Positions 6,531-9,427 of a stretch of DNA of 9,427 bases are shown one piece after another. Source of the stretch: Amoeboradix gromovi X-113 (taxonomy: Eukaryota > Fungi > Sanchytriomycota); the NCBI GenBank assembly GCA_018985225.1, contig JADGIF010000395.1, positions 1 through 9,427 of the forward strand, in the 5' to 3' direction. The notes beneath the pieces are model-generated. The model did no database searches and was not told where the DNA came from. It worked only from the letters and a program-made list of their open reading frames with translations. The stretch's first letter is position 1, and every line of letters begins with the position of its first letter. The translations under genes were made by a program, and so were the position numbers.

Positions 6531-8984
6531 ATGATTTATTTATTTTTACTTTATTTATACGGACAAGGTGACGCTTCAAACCAAATACAACAAGCCAATG
6601 CAGATACAGTCAAAAGATACGATTACATAGGTCCCACAGGATTAAAATGCTCTGCTGGTGTTGCTAGAAATTGGAATAACCCTGCCGGTACTTTTAAGCA
6701 GTCAATGGCGGATCCTGCTTATCCGTGTACTCCTGGATTCTTTTGTCCTCCAAATGCCGTCCAACCTGTTTATGTATGTCCCGGCTTTTACTCAAAAACC
6801 CCAGATACCATAGCCGAATGTCCCGAAAACTACTACTGCCCTCGCGGTAGTGTAGAGCCACTTCCTTGTCTATATCTTGCTATATGTCCCACGGGTACTA
6901 CTAAACCTCAGAGGTTTGTAGTTATTGCTCTCGGATTTATCATTTTAATGGTTTTGTTAACTGGCTTCAGCATTAAAAAGAAGTTTGATATACAAACAGC
7001 CATAAAGAATAGAATTCAAATAGACCACATTAAGAGAGATAGAATGAGCATTATCCAAATGTCTTCCAATGAGCTGACCATAGATATTCAGTTCGAGGAC
7101 TTAACGTATTCCCTGGCAGATGGAACTCCAATCCTGTCAAATATCAGTGGCTTCCTTCAAAGTGGTAAGATGGTGGCAATTATGGGGCCCAGTGGAAGTG
7201 GAAAAACAACTTTGTTTTCAATTTTAACCGGGAAGCTCAAAAGAACCAAAGGTAGGTTTCTACTAAATAACAGCACTCAAGAGCTTACTGAATATCGCAA
7301 AGTTATGGGGTATGTCCCCCAAGACGATATAATGATCAAAGAGTTGAACGTTGACCATATTTTAACACACAGCGCGCTTACTAGACTTCCTAAGAAGATG
7401 TCATTTGGAGAGAAGAGACTGAAGGTGCTGGAAGTCATCAAATATTTAGGATTGAAGCAAGTCATAAACAGTCAAATTGGTGATGAAAAGGTCAGAGGAA
7501 TCAGTGGAGGTCAACGCAAAAGAGTCAATATTGGAATGGAAATCGTAGCGGATCCTAGTATATTGTTTCTGGATGAACCAACCAGTGGGCTAGATAGTTC
7601 TAGTGCTTTAGAATTGACTTTATTACTGAAAAACTTGGCAAAAGAAAAGTTGTTAACAATTAGTGCCATAATCCATGCACCCAATCCTTCGGTCTTTTAT
7701 CAATTTGACGATGTCCTGTTCCTTGGATTAAACGGCAGAGTAGTTTATTTTGGTCCCACAAAAGGTGTTTATTCTTATTTTACTTCTTTGGGGTTTGTTA
7801 TGCAACTAGACAACCCAGCTGACTTTGCGATTGATGTAATAAGTGGTAAGATACCCTGTCAATCGAATCCTGACTTTTTACCCAGTGATCTGAGTGTCTA
7901 CTGGGACAATTACCAGCGAGGAATGAAAGTTGAAGAATTTAAAACTTTGAGCCGCAGAGAAACGATCCAAAGAGAAAGTAAAACCTTAACCCAGCAACTA
8001 CAGACTACCTGTCTCCAAATATACACAGACTACAAGGAATGGTGCTTGGATGTCTACGACGATTTGAAATCAGATTTTAATTTACTGCACAACTCAAAGC
8101 CGATTAGAGAAACACCGAACATAGTCCATCAGTACTATTTATTATTAAAGCGAGCAGGTATTCAGTTGTTCAAGTCACCCAGTTTGTTCTTATTTGATCT
8201 CTTTATTCATTTTACTGCAGGAATAATCGTCAGCATCGCTATTCAGGATTTCAACTACATTGGCAAGCTTCCGCCTCGTACCTGTGATATTACTATAGAT
8301 GGTAGCCCTGTAAATGTGATGTGCAAGTCTCCCACTGACCTGATTAGTAACTCTGGAATGTTAATGATTTTTGGTATCTTATTTAGCGGACAGGCTGCAG
8401 CCGTGCCTACATTTAGCCATGAAAAGACTGTTTACTGGAGAGACAGGTCCAGTGGGATGCCTGCTTTGCCTTACTATTTAGCCAAAATCACGGTAGATAT
8501 TCCTAGGATCATTTTAGCTGCAATATTTTATACCCTGGCATTCCTAGTGTTTGTAGACTACAGGAGCTCAATTTACTGGATATTCTTTCTCGTCGTATGT
8601 ACTTATTTTACAGCATTTCATATGGGATACTTTCTAAGCATAATTTTACCCAAAGAAAGCGTTCTTCTGGCGTCAGCAGCTTCTTCGCTATTTTGGGGAT
8701 TTCTTCTAAGTGGTGTCTATCCGGATTACTCAATTGTACTATCGTCATTTGGTGGATTACGCGGATTGTGGGAGCTAAGCGGCCCAAGGTTCGGTGTTGA
8801 GTTGTACTATATATTGGAAGTAGGAGCTAGACCATGGCAAGAATTGTGGGATGAGGATTGGAGTCATGGGTACTCAAGGGATAACTTCAGATCTGGAGTA
8901 GGGTCGTTAATTGGAATAGGAATAATGTGGGGATGCTTATCATTCATGGCATTGAAGTTGGCTAAAAGACAAAAACAGAGGTAA
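6531..8984 (+). CDS. ABCG (White-family) half transporter with N-terminal signal peptide, Cys-rich ectodomain and extra TM, 817 aa
   Basis: Walker A GPSGSGKTT (~7185-7211), Q-loop GYVPQDD, signature ISGGQRKRV, Walker B ILFLDEPTSGLD and H-loop IIHAP. NBD-then-TMD order with an EKTVYWRDRSSG...YYLAK ABC2 membrane motif. N-terminal CTPGFFCP / CPENYYCP repeats precede the TM FVVIALGFIILMVLLTGFSI. Confidence 0.96.
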   Translation: MIYLFLLYLYGQGDASNQIQQANADTVKRYDYIGPTGLKCSAGVARNWNNPAGTFKQSMADPAYPCTPGFFCPPNAVQPVYVCPGFYSKTPDTIAECPENYYCPRGSVEPLPCLYLAICPTGTTKPQRFVVIALGFIILMVLLTGFSIKKKFDIQTAIKNRIQIDHIKRDRMSIIQMSSNELTIDIQFEDLTYSLADGTPILSNISGFLQSGKMVAIMGPSGSGKTTLFSILTGKLKRTKGRFLLNNSTQELTEYRKVMGYVPQDDIMIKELNVDHILTHSALTRLPKKMSFGEKRLKVLEVIKYLGLKQVINSQIGDEKVRGISGGQRKRVNIGMEIVADPSILFLDEPTSGLDSSSALELTLLLKNLAKEKLLTISAIIHAPNPSVFYQFDDVLFLGLNGRVVYFGPTKGVYSYFTSLGFVMQLDNPADFAIDVISGKIPCQSNPDFLPSDLSVYWDNYQRGMKVEEFKTLSRRETIQRESKTLTQQLQTTCLQIYTDYKEWCLDVYDDLKSDFNLLHNSKPIRETPNIVHQYYLLLKRAGIQLFKSPSLFLFDLFIHFTAGIIVSIAIQDFNYIGKLPPRTCDITIDGSPVNVMCKSPTDLISNSGMLMIFGILFSGQAAAVPTFSHEKTVYWRDRSSGMPALPYYLAKITVDIPRIILAAIFYTLAFLVFVDYRSSIYWIFFLVVCTYFTAFHMGYFLSIILPKESVLLASAASSLFWGFLLSGVYPDYSIVLSSFGGLRGLWELSGPRFGVELYYILEVGARPWQELWDEDWSHGYSRDNFRSGVGSLIGIGIMWGCLSFMALKLAKRQKQR

Positions 8985-8992
8985 TCTGAACC

Positions 8993-8998
8993 AATAAA
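8993..8998 (+). terminator. Putative polyadenylation signal AATAAA
   Basis: 8 nt after the TAA stop at 8982-8984. Confidence 0.55.
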
Positions 8999-9427
8999 CA
9001 ACATTTATAGATTAAATCATACAGCTTTGATTCACAAGCTTACTAATTTATTTTCTCCTTAAAGTCCCGGTTTACGATCAAAACAAGACTTTCACGGATT
9101 AACTGACAAAAGCAGTCGCTTCGTCACAGAGCTAGACATGCAAGTTTAAACTAATCTAATCTCAAGACCGATTCTGCTCAATAGTTTAGTTTGACTACTA
9201 GGGCTAGACTCGCCTAACCCAAACACTGCGAAAATCAGTGTTTTTGTTTATTAAATTAGTATACCAGACAAGTCCCACATCTGCTCTATCAATAGAATCC
9301 CGCAGACCTCAGACTGGGATCTTAATTATGGATTAATGCAAACTTACATGTGGGACATCAAATGTAAAAACTGGACTAACTTTCTGTAACAACTTGGAAC
9401 ATTATTTCAGCTTTATTACTTTATGGA

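Noticed and set aside
2134-8800. Short ORF-track entries overlapping real genes (2134-2403, 2524-2727, 3404-3619, 5531-5764, 7277-7465, 8597-8800; also 1579-1851)
   Set aside because: Antisense or off-frame shadows of well-supported CDSs, with no motifs.
9061-9380. RNase MRP RNA (AAAGTCCCGG resembles CR-I) or telomerase RNA (CCTAACCC at 9213-9220)
   Set aside because: The CR-I match is imperfect, with no GARAR loop or proper CR-V. An 8-nt telomeric-template match is expected by chance and no pseudoknot was evident.
1-9427. CRISPR arrays, tRNA/rRNA genes, intact transposons, tandem repeats
   Set aside because: No repeat-spacer periodicity, tRNA box motifs, rRNA similarity, or transposase/RT motifs were seen.

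Overview
A gene-dense, AT-rich eukaryotic window using the standard genetic code. The features suggest an early-diverging fungus or similarly compacted protist; this is inference, not a database result. It contains a divergent beta-tubulin (380-1746, +), which the ORF track splits in two because of an exact 20-nt GT-AG spliceosomal micro-intron (1285-1304). Four secretory-pathway genes follow: an LRR receptor-like surface protein, an unknown signal-peptide/KKR/two-hydrophobic-helix protein, a glutamic-peptidase (G1/eqolisin)-like secreted protein, and an ABCG half-transporter with an N-terminal Cys-rich ectodomain. The best-supported novelty is miniaturised gene-expression signals: a 20-nt intron with the branch point abutting the 3' splice site, AATAAA 2-11 nt after four of five stop codons, and ~10-11-aa uncharged signal peptides. 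A 1.4-kb fragmented gap (4065-5499) and a hairpin-rich end region (9061-9380) remain unexplained.
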